Positions 19,032-29,490 of a stretch of DNA of 64,000 bases are shown in pieces. The translations under genes and the position numbers were made by a program. Each line of letters starts with the position of its first letter. Positions within the stretch are counted from its first letter, which is position 1. Source of the DNA: an uncultured Acidimicrobiia bacterium (GTDB taxonomy: Bacteria; Acidobacteriota; Terriglobia; Versatilivoradales; Versatilivoraceae); NCBI GenBank assembly GCA_963786955.1, contig CAWBAT010000004.1:480001-544000 (forward strand), in the 5' to 3' direction. The notes beneath the pieces are model-generated. The model made no database searches. It was not told where the DNA came from and worked only from the letters and a program-made list of their open reading frames with translations.

Positions 19032-21578
19032 TTACGCCAAAGCATGCCTAAGGGCTGCTCCTCTCTTTGAAGAAATCCACCACACAGGCCACGAGAGTAG
19101 CCACACCAGGATCGTGCCAAGAGTCAAATATAGACCACGGGTAAAAGACTTGGGCTGATAGTAGACTGAAATCCTGTGTTGGCCAAGGGGTAGTTCGATA
19201 GCCTTGTAAACATAATTGGCTGCAATCACAGGAACGTCTTGACCGTCGACTGTAGCCTTCCAGTCGGGATAGTAGCTGTCGACTAATACCAGAATTCTTT
19301 TTTGGTCTGTCGTCGCTTCCATTTCGACACGATTCGGTAAATAGCTCAAGATCTTCACTGCCCCTAGAGAGGGTTGACGAGCCTCTCGTTCGTCCTTTTT
19401 CACTGAAGCAGACGGTGACTGTACAGAAAGATACTCTCGGTATGCCAGGGCATCGCTCTGGGATTTATCGGAATTAACCAGAAAAGCTCTCGGTAACTTG
19501 TTGAGGACTCTGTACAAACGCAATGGTTGCGGACTGTTGACCTCAAACTCCGAATCCAACGCGACCTGCCCACTATCGATGTGATGCACCGCCAGCACAT
19601 AGCCCACGTTCAGCCCAGCCAGCAAGCTAAGCTTTTCCTCGGAGGAAGCGGCTTTTGTGAGCTCTTCGTTGATCGCCTGACTGGGCAGAGTTTCCAGTCG
19701 GTCGACAGGTTGGAAGACAGAATATTGGATATGGTCCTTGGCCGATAGGAACTGGGCCAGTGTCAACTTCCGATAAAAAAATTGCCAGGCTATGGAATCA
19801 CTATTTCCCAAAAGCATTAGTGGGTCCTTCTCTGCTTCCGGGTTCCCGAGAGAGTAGATGCGAAACAAACCTTCCTGCTTCATTTTCTCCTGCAAATAGA
19901 CTGCAGCTGGAGCCGTTTCATACAACTCATCACGAATAACCGGATTAATCCAAAAGTTACTTGTCAGCAAATCGAAAAGGATGATTAGGACTACGGCAAA
20001 ATGCAGAAAATGCCAACGAATTTTCCGGATCCAAACCAAAATCAGAAAAATAGCAAAGAGCCCGAGCTGCATGCGCAAGTGCTGCACAGAACCGGCAAGT
20101 ATCAATTTGCTGAGCAGGAGTTCTTTGCCTTGAGTAAAGAACTGGAAATACTCGGCCCCATCAGTACTCTGTTTCACATTGCGCCACTCCAGAAAAGACA
20201 TGATGCCAGCGGCAATGATAAAAATGATCCCTGCAATCAAACAGAAAGCGATGAACCCGCGTTTCCGAAACAGCTGCCTTATCGTGTACTCTTTGCGCAT
20301 TTCACAAATTCTGTCAAAACCAATGCCGGCAAGCAAAGAGATGCAAAAATTGGACACGAGTAGGTACTTAACGGGGTAACGCCCGTACCGAAAAAGCGGA
20401 CAATGATGGAACAACCAGGGGTAGACAGGACTGTATTTTCCGATCGCAAGAATAAGAGAAATACCCAATAGCAAAGCCAAAGTCCGGGTCATCCATCTGA
20501 CGCCGGAATTGCAAATTGCAAAGAAACCCAGGAGTAAGGGGAACATCCCCAAATAACAAGAAAGAAGATAAGGCTCTCGGTTCTCAAAAAACACACTGGC
20601 CCAGGAGGAGGACTGGGTTAATCGGAAGTAATCACCAAAGATTCGGGGCATCCCTAACTGGAGGAGCATGATTGGATGCATGGACCAACCAGCCACCATT
20701 CCGAAGTCAAGCCCACTCCGGCGACCCGAATGTTGAATCAGTTCCAGCGTGGGCAGAATTTGAATGCTCGCTAGTAGCAGCCCTGATGAGCTTGCCAGTA
20801 AGGCCCACCCCAATGGCCGAAGCCTCGCAGAGCTTACTTTTCCAGAGAAATACAGATAGGCTCCGAGAAATCCTCCAAGGAAGAGAGCTATGGCAATCGA
20901 AGACAATGGCTCAAGGAGTAGAAAAAAGAAGCCGAAGACGAGACTCGTAACCGCAAGCCTTAGAAAAGTCACTTTATCCAGAAATCGAAGCAGAAGCAGT
21001 GTAAGCAAGGGCAAGTAGGCAACAACAGGAAGAATGTTGAAAAGATTGACAAAGGAAAGCGTCACGCCACTGTAATTGTAAATTACAGCAGACAGAAAGG
21101 CAGAAAACGCGGAAAGCCCTAACCTTCTTCCCAAGAAAAAGGTGGCAATTCCTGCCAAGATACAGTGGAGGACAAAATGTAATTCGAACGCAGTTTCGAA
21201 TGACAAGATTTGAAAAAGAATCTGAGTCGGGTAGAAAGCCATCGAGTTGGGGTTCGCCAATAAAGGTTGACCCAACTGGATGTATGGGTTCCAAAGTGGC
21301 CATTCTCCCCGCGCATACGCTTCGGTAACGAGACGCTTTAAGGGGTAGTGAAAAAATGACACATCACGAAAAAAGAATGTCTTGTCGGTAAACAAGGCAT
21401 CGGAAAAAAACAGAAGATTCAGCAACACAATCAGGAAAATCCAAAATTCACTTCGATTGAACACACCCCTGAGGAGAGTCTTTTGAGGTTGATTATCGTT
21501 CTGAGCTAGAAGGATCACTTTAGGATCAACAGGTAACGGAGGTTCTTGGAATACTATACCAAGTAATTGATTCGTCAA
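19032..21578 (-). CDS. YfhO-family GT-C membrane protein
   Basis: FRDVSFFHYP, WPLWNPYIQLGQP, QILPTLE, FRYGRYPVKY, C-terminal DSYYPDWKATVDG; start uncertain. Confidence 0.85.
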   Translation of the reverse strand: MTNQLLGIVFQEPPLPVDPKVILLAQNDNQPQKTLLRGVFNRSEFWIFLIVLLNLLFFSDALFTDKTFFFRDVSFFHYPLKRLVTEAYARGEWPLWNPYIQLGQPLLANPNSMAFYPTQILFQILSFETAFELHFVLHCILAGIATFFLGRRLGLSAFSAFLSAVIYNYSGVTLSFVNLFNILPVVAYLPLLTLLLLRFLDKVTFLRLAVTSLVFGFFFLLLEPLSSIAIALFLGGFLGAYLYFSGKVSSARLRPLGWALLASSSGLLLASIQILPTLELIQHSGRRSGLDFGMVAGWSMHPIMLLQLGMPRIFGDYFRLTQSSSWASVFFENREPYLLSCYLGMFPLLLGFFAICNSGVRWMTRTLALLLGISLILAIGKYSPVYPWLFHHCPLFRYGRYPVKYLLVSNFCISLLAGIGFDRICEMRKEYTIRQLFRKRGFIAFCLIAGIIFIIAAGIMSFLEWRNVKQSTDGAEYFQFFTQGKELLLSKLILAGSVQHLRMQLGLFAIFLILVWIRKIRWHFLHFAVVLIILFDLLTSNFWINPVIRDELYETAPAAVYLQEKMKQEGLFRIYSLGNPEAEKDPLMLLGNSDSIAWQFFYRKLTLAQFLSAKDHIQYSVFQPVDRLETLPSQAINEELTKAASSEEKLSLLAGLNVGYVLAVHHIDSGQVALDSEFEVNSPQPLRLYRVLNKLPRAFLVNSDKSQSDALAYREYLSVQSPSASVKKDEREARQPSLGAVKILSYLPNRVEMEATTDQKRILVLVDSYYPDWKATVDGQDVPVIAANYVYKAIELPLGQHRISVYYQPKSFTRGLYLTLGTILVWLLSWPVWWISSKRGAALRHALA

Positions 21579-21640
21579 GTTTTAGGGGAAACATTAGGGG
21601 GACCTGCGCAGTAACAACAGACGAGGGGATACCAGGCGAG

Positions 21641-21680
21641 AATAAACAAACGCGCTCCAGTCCATTGGAGTCGCGTTTGT
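21641..21680 (-). terminator. Intrinsic terminator after recA
   Basis: Minus strand acaaacgcgactcca-atggac-tggagcgcgtttgt followed by ttatt. Confidence 0.7.
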
Positions 21681-21698
21681 CTGACGTGCTGTTAGTTT

Positions 21699-22778
21699 CT
21701 AGCCGCGGCTAGCTTTTGCTTTGTTTACAGCCTCTGGAGAAACCGTCGGCTGCCCTCCCGACTCAGGAGTAGGAGCGATCGGGATATTCAACGCACGGCG
21801 CAAATCTTCATCGATCTGGCGGCTGATATCGGAGTTTTCCTTAAGGAACTGTTTCGCGTTCTCTCTGCCTTGTCCTAAACGTTCTCCCTTATACGAGAAC
21901 CAGGCACCACTTTTTTCGAGAATACCTTTTTCAGCTCCAAGATCGATGAGATCTCCTTCTTTCGAAATTCCAGTTCCGTACATGATGTCGAATTCCGCAT
22001 CTCTGAACGGGGGCGCAACCTTGTTCTTGACGACCTTGGCTTTAGTGCGACTTCCGGTAATCTCATCTCCATCCTTAATTGAAGCGATACGACGGACATC
22101 GATTCGAACCGACGCGTAGAACTTGAGAGCACGGCCACCGGTCGTCGTCTCAGGGTTTCCAAACATGACACCGATTTTTTCACGAATCTGATTGATGAAG
22201 ATCAAGGACGTATTTGATTTGGATACAATTCCGGTTAACTTTCGCAAGGCCTGAGACATCAACCGGGCTTGCAACCCCATGTGGGAATCACCCATTTCTC
22301 CCTCAAGTTCGGCTTTAGGAACTAGGGCAGCCACGGAGTCGATGACACACACATCCAAGGCGCCACTTCGCACCAGCATCTCGGAAATCTCGAGCGCCTG
22401 CTCTCCATTGTCCGGCTGCGAGACCAGCAGATTGTCGACATCAACCCCAAGTTGTCTCGCATAACCCGAATCAAGGGCGTGTTCTGCATCGATAAACGCC
22501 GCCATGCCCCCGGTCTTCTGCGCCTGAGAAATGATATGCAAGGCGAGAGTTGTCTTACCGCTGGACTCCGGGCCAAAGATTTCGATGACTCTCCCACGCG
22601 GGACACCTCCCACTCCCAATGCTGAGTCGAGAGCTAACGATCCCGTGGGAATGATGCCCCCATTGATGACGGATTCCCGACTACCCAATCGCATAATAGA
22701 CCCTTTACCAAACTGTCTTTCAATTTGTACCAGAGCCAGGTCTATCGCCTTTCCCCGCTCTGCCTTATCATCCGCCAT
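21699..22778 (-). CDS. recA: Recombinase RecA
   Basis: [46 protein letters not shown]. Confidence 0.99.
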   Translation of the reverse strand: MADDKAERGKAIDLALVQIERQFGKGSIMRLGSRESVINGGIIPTGSLALDSALGVGGVPRGRVIEIFGPESSGKTTLALHIISQAQKTGGMAAFIDAEHALDSGYARQLGVDVDNLLVSQPDNGEQALEISEMLVRSGALDVCVIDSVAALVPKAELEGEMGDSHMGLQARLMSQALRKLTGIVSKSNTSLIFINQIREKIGVMFGNPETTTGGRALKFYASVRIDVRRIASIKDGDEITGSRTKAKVVKNKVAPPFRDAEFDIMYGTGISKEGDLIDLGAEKGILEKSGAWFSYKGERLGQGRENAKQFLKENSDISRQIDEDLRRALNIPIAPTPESGGQPTVSPEAVNKAKASRG

Positions 22779-22851
22779 GGTTTACCCCCTGAAATAATTT
22801 AATCATCGTTTCTCATCTTCGGTAATGTCGTCGCGCCAATGCGCAGGCAAG

Positions 22852-24081
22852 TCAATTGCGTTCTGCATCGTTTCCGCTCCTACTCTGATCGCTTTCGGAA
22901 TGACGGAAGATCAGGCGGAGTTCGTCCTTAACTAGAAATTCCAAACTCTCATCATTTAGGTTTGGGCTGAGTTTCAGGGCGGTAAGTGAAGGCGCCTTCA
23001 TCGGATCTGGCTGAAAAAGATCCAAAGCATCCTTGTATCGGGATTCTTTGGGGTTCAGATGAACCGCCTTTTGGATACACTCTTTCGCTTTCCTTTTCCA
23101 ATTCTGTTCCAGGAATGCCAGACCCAGCTGGAAAAAAGCCTCGTGACAAAGAGGGTCCATCTCAATGGCTTTTTTCATGTGCTTAATTGCAAATCGCAAC
23201 AGCCCGTGCCTTGAGTAAATGGACCCCACCACCAGATGCATCTGTGGAGTTGGTTTGAGATTTAGCGCGTGAGAAAAATGGCCCAACGCCCGGTCATCTT
23301 CTCCCAGCGAAACGAGCACAGATCCCAGAAAAACATGAGCCGCCAGTGACGTCCCGCAAATGTCGACAGCGTTCCCCAAGTATTGCTTCGCCCTATCGTA
23401 ATCCCCTTTTCGCTTGGCCAGTAATCCGGTCAGCAAATTGGCCTCAAAGTGATGCGGGTTACTTTTCAGCACCTTCCGGAGACATTTGCCTGCATTTGAG
23501 AAATTCTCAAATTCGTAATAGATCTTTCCCAAAAAGACTCCGACCTCACAATTCTGCGGATCGGTGGTAAACGCCCGTTCCAAAGCTTTCAAGCCTTGTC
23601 GAAAACGGCGGCGCAAGAAGTGCTGGGTGCACTCTTCGATCAATTTGGAAAAAAGTCTCTTGTCTCTGCCTCGAAAAGCGTTGATGAAGGTTTTCTTGCT
23701 AGACTCAAACCTTTCCCGCTCTTCACTCTCCCATAATCGCTGAGCGACTCGTCGTTGCCAATCCTTCTCCAGATCCCGCTTGCCGACGATTTGAACCCGC
23801 TTCAACGCATCCGCGATCGATTCGATCATCGTATGGTCATAAAAGCTGTCCGTGGCCAGCTGTTGAACCAGATCATAGATCTCGTTGAGACGTTCGTCGA
23901 GGCGACCGATGGAATACTCCAGCGCGCTGATACGCTCAAGAAAGTGTTCATCCAGAATGGGCATTCCCATGTTCTGCCGATATGCGTAAGGCAGGATCAT
24001 GAGCCGTGTTCCACACTTGAAACAGCTTTCATCGCCGATCAGATTCTTTGTTCCGCATTTCTGACAGAGAATGACGGGCAC
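22852..24081 (-). CDS. Zn-ribbon + coiled-coil + TPR protein
   Basis: CQKCG...CFKCG, helical linker, about seven TPRs; AGGAGAG RBS overlapping the hbd stop. Confidence 0.8.
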   Translation of the reverse strand: MPVILCQKCGTKNLIGDESCFKCGTRLMILPYAYRQNMGMPILDEHFLERISALEYSIGRLDERLNEIYDLVQQLATDSFYDHTMIESIADALKRVQIVGKRDLEKDWQRRVAQRLWESEERERFESSKKTFINAFRGRDKRLFSKLIEECTQHFLRRRFRQGLKALERAFTTDPQNCEVGVFLGKIYYEFENFSNAGKCLRKVLKSNPHHFEANLLTGLLAKRKGDYDRAKQYLGNAVDICGTSLAAHVFLGSVLVSLGEDDRALGHFSHALNLKPTPQMHLVVGSIYSRHGLLRFAIKHMKKAIEMDPLCHEAFFQLGLAFLEQNWKRKAKECIQKAVHLNPKESRYKDALDLFQPDPMKAPSLTALKLSPNLNDESLEFLVKDELRLIFRHSESDQSRSGNDAERN

Positions 24082-24093
24082 CCCTTTCTCCTC

Positions 24094-24954
24094 CTAATGA
24101 GCGTAGTGGTAAAATCCTTCTCCGCTTTTGCGACCCAATTTGCCCGCTGCAACCATCTTCTTCAACAATGGACAAGGGCGGTACTTCGAATCATTAAAAC
24201 CCTCGTACAGAGTTTCCATGATATTCAAACAAACATCAAGCCCAATCAAATCGGCCAATGTAAGTGGGCCCATCGGGTGATTCATTCCTAGTTTCATCAC
24301 CGAATCGACGGCCTCCGGATCCCCTACACCTTCATAGACACAAAAGATGGCCTCATTGATCATGGGCATCAAGATCCGGTTGGAAACAAATCCTGGAGAA
24401 TCCTTAACCTCTACGGGAACCTTTCCCAATCGGCTGACTAAAGACAAAATATCTGTAACAGTTTGCGGGGAGGTCAGCAAGCCTCGAATAATCTCAACTA
24501 ATGTCATCACCGGGACCGGATTCATAAAATGCATTCCGATGACTCGATCGGGACGATGCGTCGCGGCCGCCAGACGCGTGATTGAAATGGAAGAAGTGTT
24601 AGTGGCCAGGATCGTCTGCGAATGGCACGATTGATCCAATTGCATTAAGATATTTTTTTTCAATTCTATGTCTTCGCTGACCGCTTCGACCACCAGTTCA
24701 ACTTCCTCAATGGAACCCAGATCCGTACGCGATTGAATATTCTGCAGGGTCAACTCCCGCATGGATGGGTCAAGTCGTTTCTTCTCTACTTCGCGTCCCA
24801 AATTCTTATCAATCAACTTCAGAGCCGTTTCCAGCTGCGAAGGCAAAGAATCACAGAGAATGACGGAGAAGCCTTTCTGAGCAAAGACCTGGGCTATGCC
24901 ACTCCCCATCGTTCCTGCACCAACCACTCCAATTCGGTTCCAATGGCTGTTCAT
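24094..24954 (-). CDS. hbd: 3-hydroxybutyryl-CoA dehydrogenase
   Basis: GAGTMGSG, ATNTSS, GMHFMNP, PGFVSNR, HPMGP. Confidence 0.95.
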   Translation of the reverse strand: MNSHWNRIGVVGAGTMGSGIAQVFAQKGFSVILCDSLPSQLETALKLIDKNLGREVEKKRLDPSMRELTLQNIQSRTDLGSIEEVELVVEAVSEDIELKKNILMQLDQSCHSQTILATNTSSISITRLAAATHRPDRVIGMHFMNPVPVMTLVEIIRGLLTSPQTVTDILSLVSRLGKVPVEVKDSPGFVSNRILMPMINEAIFCVYEGVGDPEAVDSVMKLGMNHPMGPLTLADLIGLDVCLNIMETLYEGFNDSKYRPCPLLKKMVAAGKLGRKSGEGFYHYAH

Positions 24955-24998
24955 AGCGTTTCGAATTTTCTGGGCAAACCTGCGATTGGCTTCAAAGG

Positions 24999-26183
24999 CT
25001 AAAGTGTCCGTTGCACGGCCATTGCCACGGCATTACCTCCTCCAAGGCAAAGGGCAGCCACGCCTTTTCGGGAACCTCTTCGGATCATCTCGTGCAGTAA
25101 CGTCACGAGGATACGTGCGCCGCTGCAACCAATGGGATGACCGAGAGCAACCGCTCCACCATTCACATTTACTCGCGCGGGGTCCAGCCCCAATTGCTGA
25201 ATGACGGCCACGGCCTGCACTGAAAATGCTTCATTGATTTCGAAAAGATCGACTTCATCGTAGGTCCAGCCAGCTTTTTCAAGAAGCTTCCCGATTGCAC
25301 TGACCGGCGCCATCATGACGAGACGGGGTTCTACACCACTCACTGCCTGCGCTTTAATCTCGGCCAGCGGGGCTAAATTCAACTCTTGTGCGGCCTGCAA
25401 AGAAGAGACGATAACCGCCGCAGCTCCATCGTTGGTTCCTGGGGCGTTCCCTGCAGTTACGGTCCCGTCTTTCTTAAATACCGGCTTCAACGCGCTCAGT
25501 TTTTCTAGGCTCGAATCTTCACGCGGAGACTCGTCCACTTCAAACAAGATTGGGTTCCCTTTCTTCTGCGGAATCACGACAGGAACAACCTCGTCTCGAA
25601 ACCTTCCCTCCTGGATTGCACGCACCGCCTTGCGGTGACTGTCTAGAGCGTACTGATCCTGTTGTTGTCGGGTAACTTGATATTTCTCGGCAACAATTTC
25701 GCCGGTATTCCCCATATGATAATCCTCGAAAGCATCCCAGAGACCATCCTGAATCATCGAATCCAACGCCTTTCCATGGCCGATCCGGAAACCTTCACGA
25801 GCCTGGGGGAGCAAATATGGCGCATTGGACATGGACTCCATTCCTCCGGCAAGAACCAATTCGGCTTCTCCCAACTGCACAGATTGCGCCGCCAACCCGA
25901 CCGCTTTCAACCCAGACCCGCATACTTTGTTGATGGTTAAGGCTGCCACTCGTGGGGATAGTCCGGCCTTTAACCCTACTTGCCGGGCCGGGTTCTGTCC
26001 TAAACCCGCAGACACGACATTCCCCATGATAATCTCATCCACCCGCTCCACCGGAAGTGAGAAACGACGAATCAAAGCTTCAACGACTGTCGTCCCCAAA
26101 TCGATGGCAGAGCAGCTCTTCAATCCTCCCATGAACTTGCCAATAGGGGTTCGAAGAGCCCCCAGGATGACTGCTTCTCTCAT
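24999..26183 (-). CDS. Acetyl-CoA C-acetyltransferase (thiolase)
   Basis: NKVCGSG, NEAF, GHPIG, LCLGGG; start MREAVIL with GGAGGG RBS. Confidence 0.95.
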   Translation of the reverse strand: MREAVILGALRTPIGKFMGGLKSCSAIDLGTTVVEALIRRFSLPVERVDEIIMGNVVSAGLGQNPARQVGLKAGLSPRVAALTINKVCGSGLKAVGLAAQSVQLGEAELVLAGGMESMSNAPYLLPQAREGFRIGHGKALDSMIQDGLWDAFEDYHMGNTGEIVAEKYQVTRQQQDQYALDSHRKAVRAIQEGRFRDEVVPVVIPQKKGNPILFEVDESPREDSSLEKLSALKPVFKKDGTVTAGNAPGTNDGAAAVIVSSLQAAQELNLAPLAEIKAQAVSGVEPRLVMMAPVSAIGKLLEKAGWTYDEVDLFEINEAFSVQAVAVIQQLGLDPARVNVNGGAVALGHPIGCSGARILVTLLHEMIRRGSRKGVAALCLGGGNAVAMAVQRTL

Positions 26184-26280
26184 GGTTTCCCTCCAGGCTT
26201 GCACACCATTATAGGAACTATTCCTTTGAAAAAAGCAACCGACTTTGGGTGGGTCAGCATCGAATGGTGTGTCTCGAGCA

Positions 26281-26309
26281 TTGCATGACTCTCCATCGTC
26301 GCCTATAAT
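26281..26309 (+). promoter_or_regulatory. Sigma70-type promoter
   Basis: TTGCAT-N17-TATAAT upstream of the VWA gene. Confidence 0.6.
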
Positions 26310-26364
26310 TCATCTCGGAACCTCATGAATAATGAATTCGCCGCAGTCCTAGAACCTGCCTAAT

Positions 26365-27288
26365 ATGAAAAAAACTTCTTTTCTCTTTATTGTATTGATC
26401 CTTGGAGTTGCCGTCACGGCTCTCTCTCTTCAGGGAACCCAAAAACCTCCGGAAGTTGAAGGAACCTTAAAGGTCTCTGTCGATCTCGTCAACGTTGTAT
26501 TCGCTGTCTCTGAAAGCAATAACCGGTTCGTTTCAAACCTCAACAAAGAAGACTTCCTCGTTGAAGAGGATGGCAAGCCGCAAACGATTTCCTATTTTGC
26601 CAGAGAAGTGACCTTACCTCTGACCCTGGGTTTATTGATTGACACAAGTCCGAGCGTGGAACCCATCCTGGAGACTGAACAGTCTACAGCCATGGAATTT
26701 CTCCGGGCCGTGCTCAGAAAACAAGATCTCGCTTTAGTGATGAATTTCGATCGAAGCGTGACGTTGCTTCAAGACTTCACTTCGGATTTGCGGCGGCTGG
26801 AAAAGGCCATTCGGTCTGTCTCGATTGGGGGTGGGACTTCGGTTCATGACGCAATATACCTAGCTTCGGATGAAAAGCTCAAAGGGGAATCAGGGCGCAA
26901 AGCAATCATCCTGATTAGCGACGGGGGCGACACGACCAGTAAGTTGAAAATGAAAGAGGCTTTGGAAGCAGCCCAACGGGGAGATATCATCATTTTTGCC
27001 ATCTCGACACCGGTTGTCGGCCCTATGATGATGGGCGGCGGTGACGCCGGTATATTGAAAAAATATTCTGAGTCTACCGGGGGCAGAGCCTTTTTCCCAT
27101 CAAAAGCCCAGGATTTCAAAAAATGTTTCGATGCCATCGAGGAAGAACTGCGCAGCCAATACGTCATCAGCTACACCTCGACCAATGCCGCCAAAGACGG
27201 TAGCTTTCGTTCCATCAAAATTAGCGTCCCCAGTCAAAAAGGCCTCAAAGTAAGAGCAAAAAAGGGCTATTATGCCCCCAAGGGCTAA
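26365..27288 (+). CDS. Acidobacteria-type VWA domain protein (secreted)
   Basis: Signal peptide, VSVDLVNV, DTSPS MIDAS, ISDGGD, ELRSQYVISY, KGYYAP. Confidence 0.9.
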   Translation: MKKTSFLFIVLILGVAVTALSLQGTQKPPEVEGTLKVSVDLVNVVFAVSESNNRFVSNLNKEDFLVEEDGKPQTISYFAREVTLPLTLGLLIDTSPSVEPILETEQSTAMEFLRAVLRKQDLALVMNFDRSVTLLQDFTSDLRRLEKAIRSVSIGGGTSVHDAIYLASDEKLKGESGRKAIILISDGGDTTSKLKMKEALEAAQRGDIIIFAISTPVVGPMMMGGGDAGILKKYSESTGGRAFFPSKAQDFKKCFDAIEEELRSQYVISYTSTNAAKDGSFRSIKISVPSQKGLKVRAKKGYYAPKG

Positions 27289-27333
27289 GAAACGGGCAGA
27301 GCACATGCGCTCCCTTATTTCTTTTGGGCTAAA

Positions 27334-28146
27334 ATGACCGATCGAATTTTCGGATTCCTAACCCTCTTTGTCTTGCTGGGTAGCCCATTTCAAACCTCCT
27401 TTCATTTAGAAGCCCAAGGACAGCGTCCCCAGAAAGATGCCACCGCGGAGCGAGCTGAAGGAATTGTCAGGAAATCTCTGGCCGCATATGGCGGGGAGCA
27501 CAAATCCCTCTCTTCTAGAAACACCACTCTCGAGTATCAGGTACAAGCAATGGGTGAGACTTCTGCCAAACCTCTCCTGGTTAAGGCTTACTTCAAGGAT
27601 TCTGAATTCTTCCGATCCGACGTGCTCGGGGAAAAGACAAACACGGTGACAATTCTTAATCATGACAAAGGGTGGCTGAAAATCGGTGATACGACCCTGT
27701 CCCTTACGAAGAAAAACCTGGAACCTTTGAAAGCCGAAGTCATCTCACAACTCCGCCCGGACTTGCTCCTGCTGGCTTTTCAAAAATTCCGCTATTACGG
27801 CAGGACCGAAGAAGACGGACACTCTCTCGACGAAGTGGATGTATCGGGATTCCTCGGAGGTGAATATACGCGGGGCCGGCTTTCTTTCGACTTGAGTACC
27901 CATTTGGTCTACAAGTACGAATTCGAGAGCGAGAGGGAATCCGCAACCGGTAAAGGCATATTCCACGGAACATCCAAATACATGGAGTACCGTGATGATG
28001 ACGGTTTGAAAATCCCTGTCGAAATTGTATCGACCCAAGGGGGGAAAGTTTCGAAAATCAAAGTGAACCAGATTGACTCAAAAACGGTTCTTGAAGAAAG
28101 TTTATTTTCAGAGCCTCCTCAACCAGTTCCGAATGTGAAGAATTGA
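27334..28146 (+). CDS. Secreted hypothetical protein (possibly LolA-like fold)
   Basis: Signal peptide, SLAAYGG motif, beta-rich, YRDDDGLKIP near the C-terminus. Confidence 0.6.
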   Translation: MTDRIFGFLTLFVLLGSPFQTSFHLEAQGQRPQKDATAERAEGIVRKSLAAYGGEHKSLSSRNTTLEYQVQAMGETSAKPLLVKAYFKDSEFFRSDVLGEKTNTVTILNHDKGWLKIGDTTLSLTKKNLEPLKAEVISQLRPDLLLLAFQKFRYYGRTEEDGHSLDEVDVSGFLGGEYTRGRLSFDLSTHLVYKYEFESERESATGKGIFHGTSKYMEYRDDDGLKIPVEIVSTQGGKVSKIKVNQIDSKTVLEESLFSEPPQPVPNVKN

Positions 28147-28235
28147 AGAATGTCGGATGGCTTGAGACGTGCAACACCTTCCTCTTTTTTCTATGTCTTT
28201 CAAGAAGAATCTCCCCGTCCTCCCATATCCGCCGA

Positions 28236-29048
28236 ATGTCTAAGAAATTTCAGGCCCTTTTGAATAGACAGTCCCCTGCTTTGCAAAGTCTTTTGGCTTT
28301 TCTGATGGCATTCCTGGGATCTCAATTCTTCGCTCCTCGATTCAACTCCAATCACGTATTGCTTAATTCTGTCCTCCTCCAGTTCGGGTTTGTTTTTGGC
28401 ATCCCTTTCATTATGGGCCGAAGCTTGAATTTGGGTACTCGGACGGAATTCAAATTGAAACCCACTTCATTCAGGAATTTGGCATTCAGCACACTGGTCG
28501 CCTTATCCCTGATCAGTCTTCTGGAAGAATTGGGTTATATACAATCCCGCTTTTTGGGTGAGGTTTTCGGTCAGGGTTTCTCGATCTTGAAAATTCTAAA
28601 GGTCAATACAGCGAGTGATTTCGGCTGGACTTTCCTTGCAATTGCCCTAGTCCCCGCATTCTGCGAAGAATTTTTGTTCCGAGGATTCATTTTCAACCGC
28701 CTTCTCCAACCCAATCAAACAGGCCAAGCAATCATGGTTTCATCGGTCCTCTTCGGAGTTTTCCATCGCCATCTCAGTGTTCTACTGAACTATACCGTGG
28801 CCGGAATTGTGCTTTCGCTCATCTCCTATCGAAGTGGAAGCTTGTTCAACTCCATTTTGGCCCATGCGGTCATCAATTCGACAGCGATTGTAATAGTCAA
28901 TTCCAATCAGGTATCGTCAATTTTTTCAACGGGACACAGGGGGCACCTGCCGGTTGCTTTGTTGGCGGCATCGCTGGCCGGGCTAGTCTACGGACTCAAG
29001 TCCCTGCGTTCTGAAGATGCAGGCAAATCAGCCCCAAATTCGCTCTAA
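28236..29048 (+). CDS. CPBP (CAAX type II / Abi) intramembrane metalloprotease
   Basis: PAFCEEFLFRG, FGVFH, HAVIN; alternative start at 28143. Confidence 0.88.
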   Translation: MSKKFQALLNRQSPALQSLLAFLMAFLGSQFFAPRFNSNHVLLNSVLLQFGFVFGIPFIMGRSLNLGTRTEFKLKPTSFRNLAFSTLVALSLISLLEELGYIQSRFLGEVFGQGFSILKILKVNTASDFGWTFLAIALVPAFCEEFLFRGFIFNRLLQPNQTGQAIMVSSVLFGVFHRHLSVLLNYTVAGIVLSLISYRSGSLFNSILAHAVINSTAIVIVNSNQVSSIFSTGHRGHLPVALLAASLAGLVYGLKSLRSEDAGKSAPNSL

Positions 29049-29152
29049 TTGGGCCCGCTTTTAGGAACCGCGCAAATATGGAGTGAGGTTCCATCGCAAT
29101 GTCTTAATGTGGTAATGAGACCCCGCGAGAACTCAAAGAGAGGCACTTTGAG

Positions 29153-29407
29153 ATGAAATACTTTCAAGATGGATATGTTCTGGGTGACCGCTATGGGAAG
29201 GTCGTCGATCCTTTCGGGCATGAATGGGGGATTGGCAACCATACTGAAGATCTAACGGAAGAAGAATTAACTTGCCGAGCCAAAGCAGCTTTTGCCGAAA
29301 TGGCGAAACCTCAACAGGCGCAGGAGCAGTCCCCAAGACTATCTTCCGCGTTCGCGACCCTCACTTACAAGGGAGTTGCGCTGATGGCTAAAGCGATAGG
29401 TTTATAA
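29153..29407 (+). pseudogene. Remnant of a VOC/glyoxalase (PhnB-like) gene, C-terminal part only
   Basis: gat atg ttc tgg gt gac cgc tat ggg reads DMFW(G)DRYG with one base missing, followed by VVDPFGHEW...HTEDLTEEE; N-terminal domain absent. Confidence 0.7.
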
Positions 29408-29414
29408 AGACTAA

Positions 29415-29455
29415 CAAAAAAGCCCGATCCCTTCGTGAGAGGGTATCGGGCTTTG
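29415..29455. terminator. Intrinsic terminator (U-tract on the tonB strand, possibly bidirectional)
   Basis: aaaaaaagcccgatccct-tcgtg-agagggtatcgggcttt. Confidence 0.75.
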
Positions 29456-29490
29456 AACTTAGTGCGCGAAAACAACAATTTAGATACTCG

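Noticed and set aside
22779-22851. LexA box upstream of recA
   Set aside because: No GTTC-N7-GTTC, CTGT-N8-ACAG or GAAC-N4-GTTC motif seen in the intergenic gap
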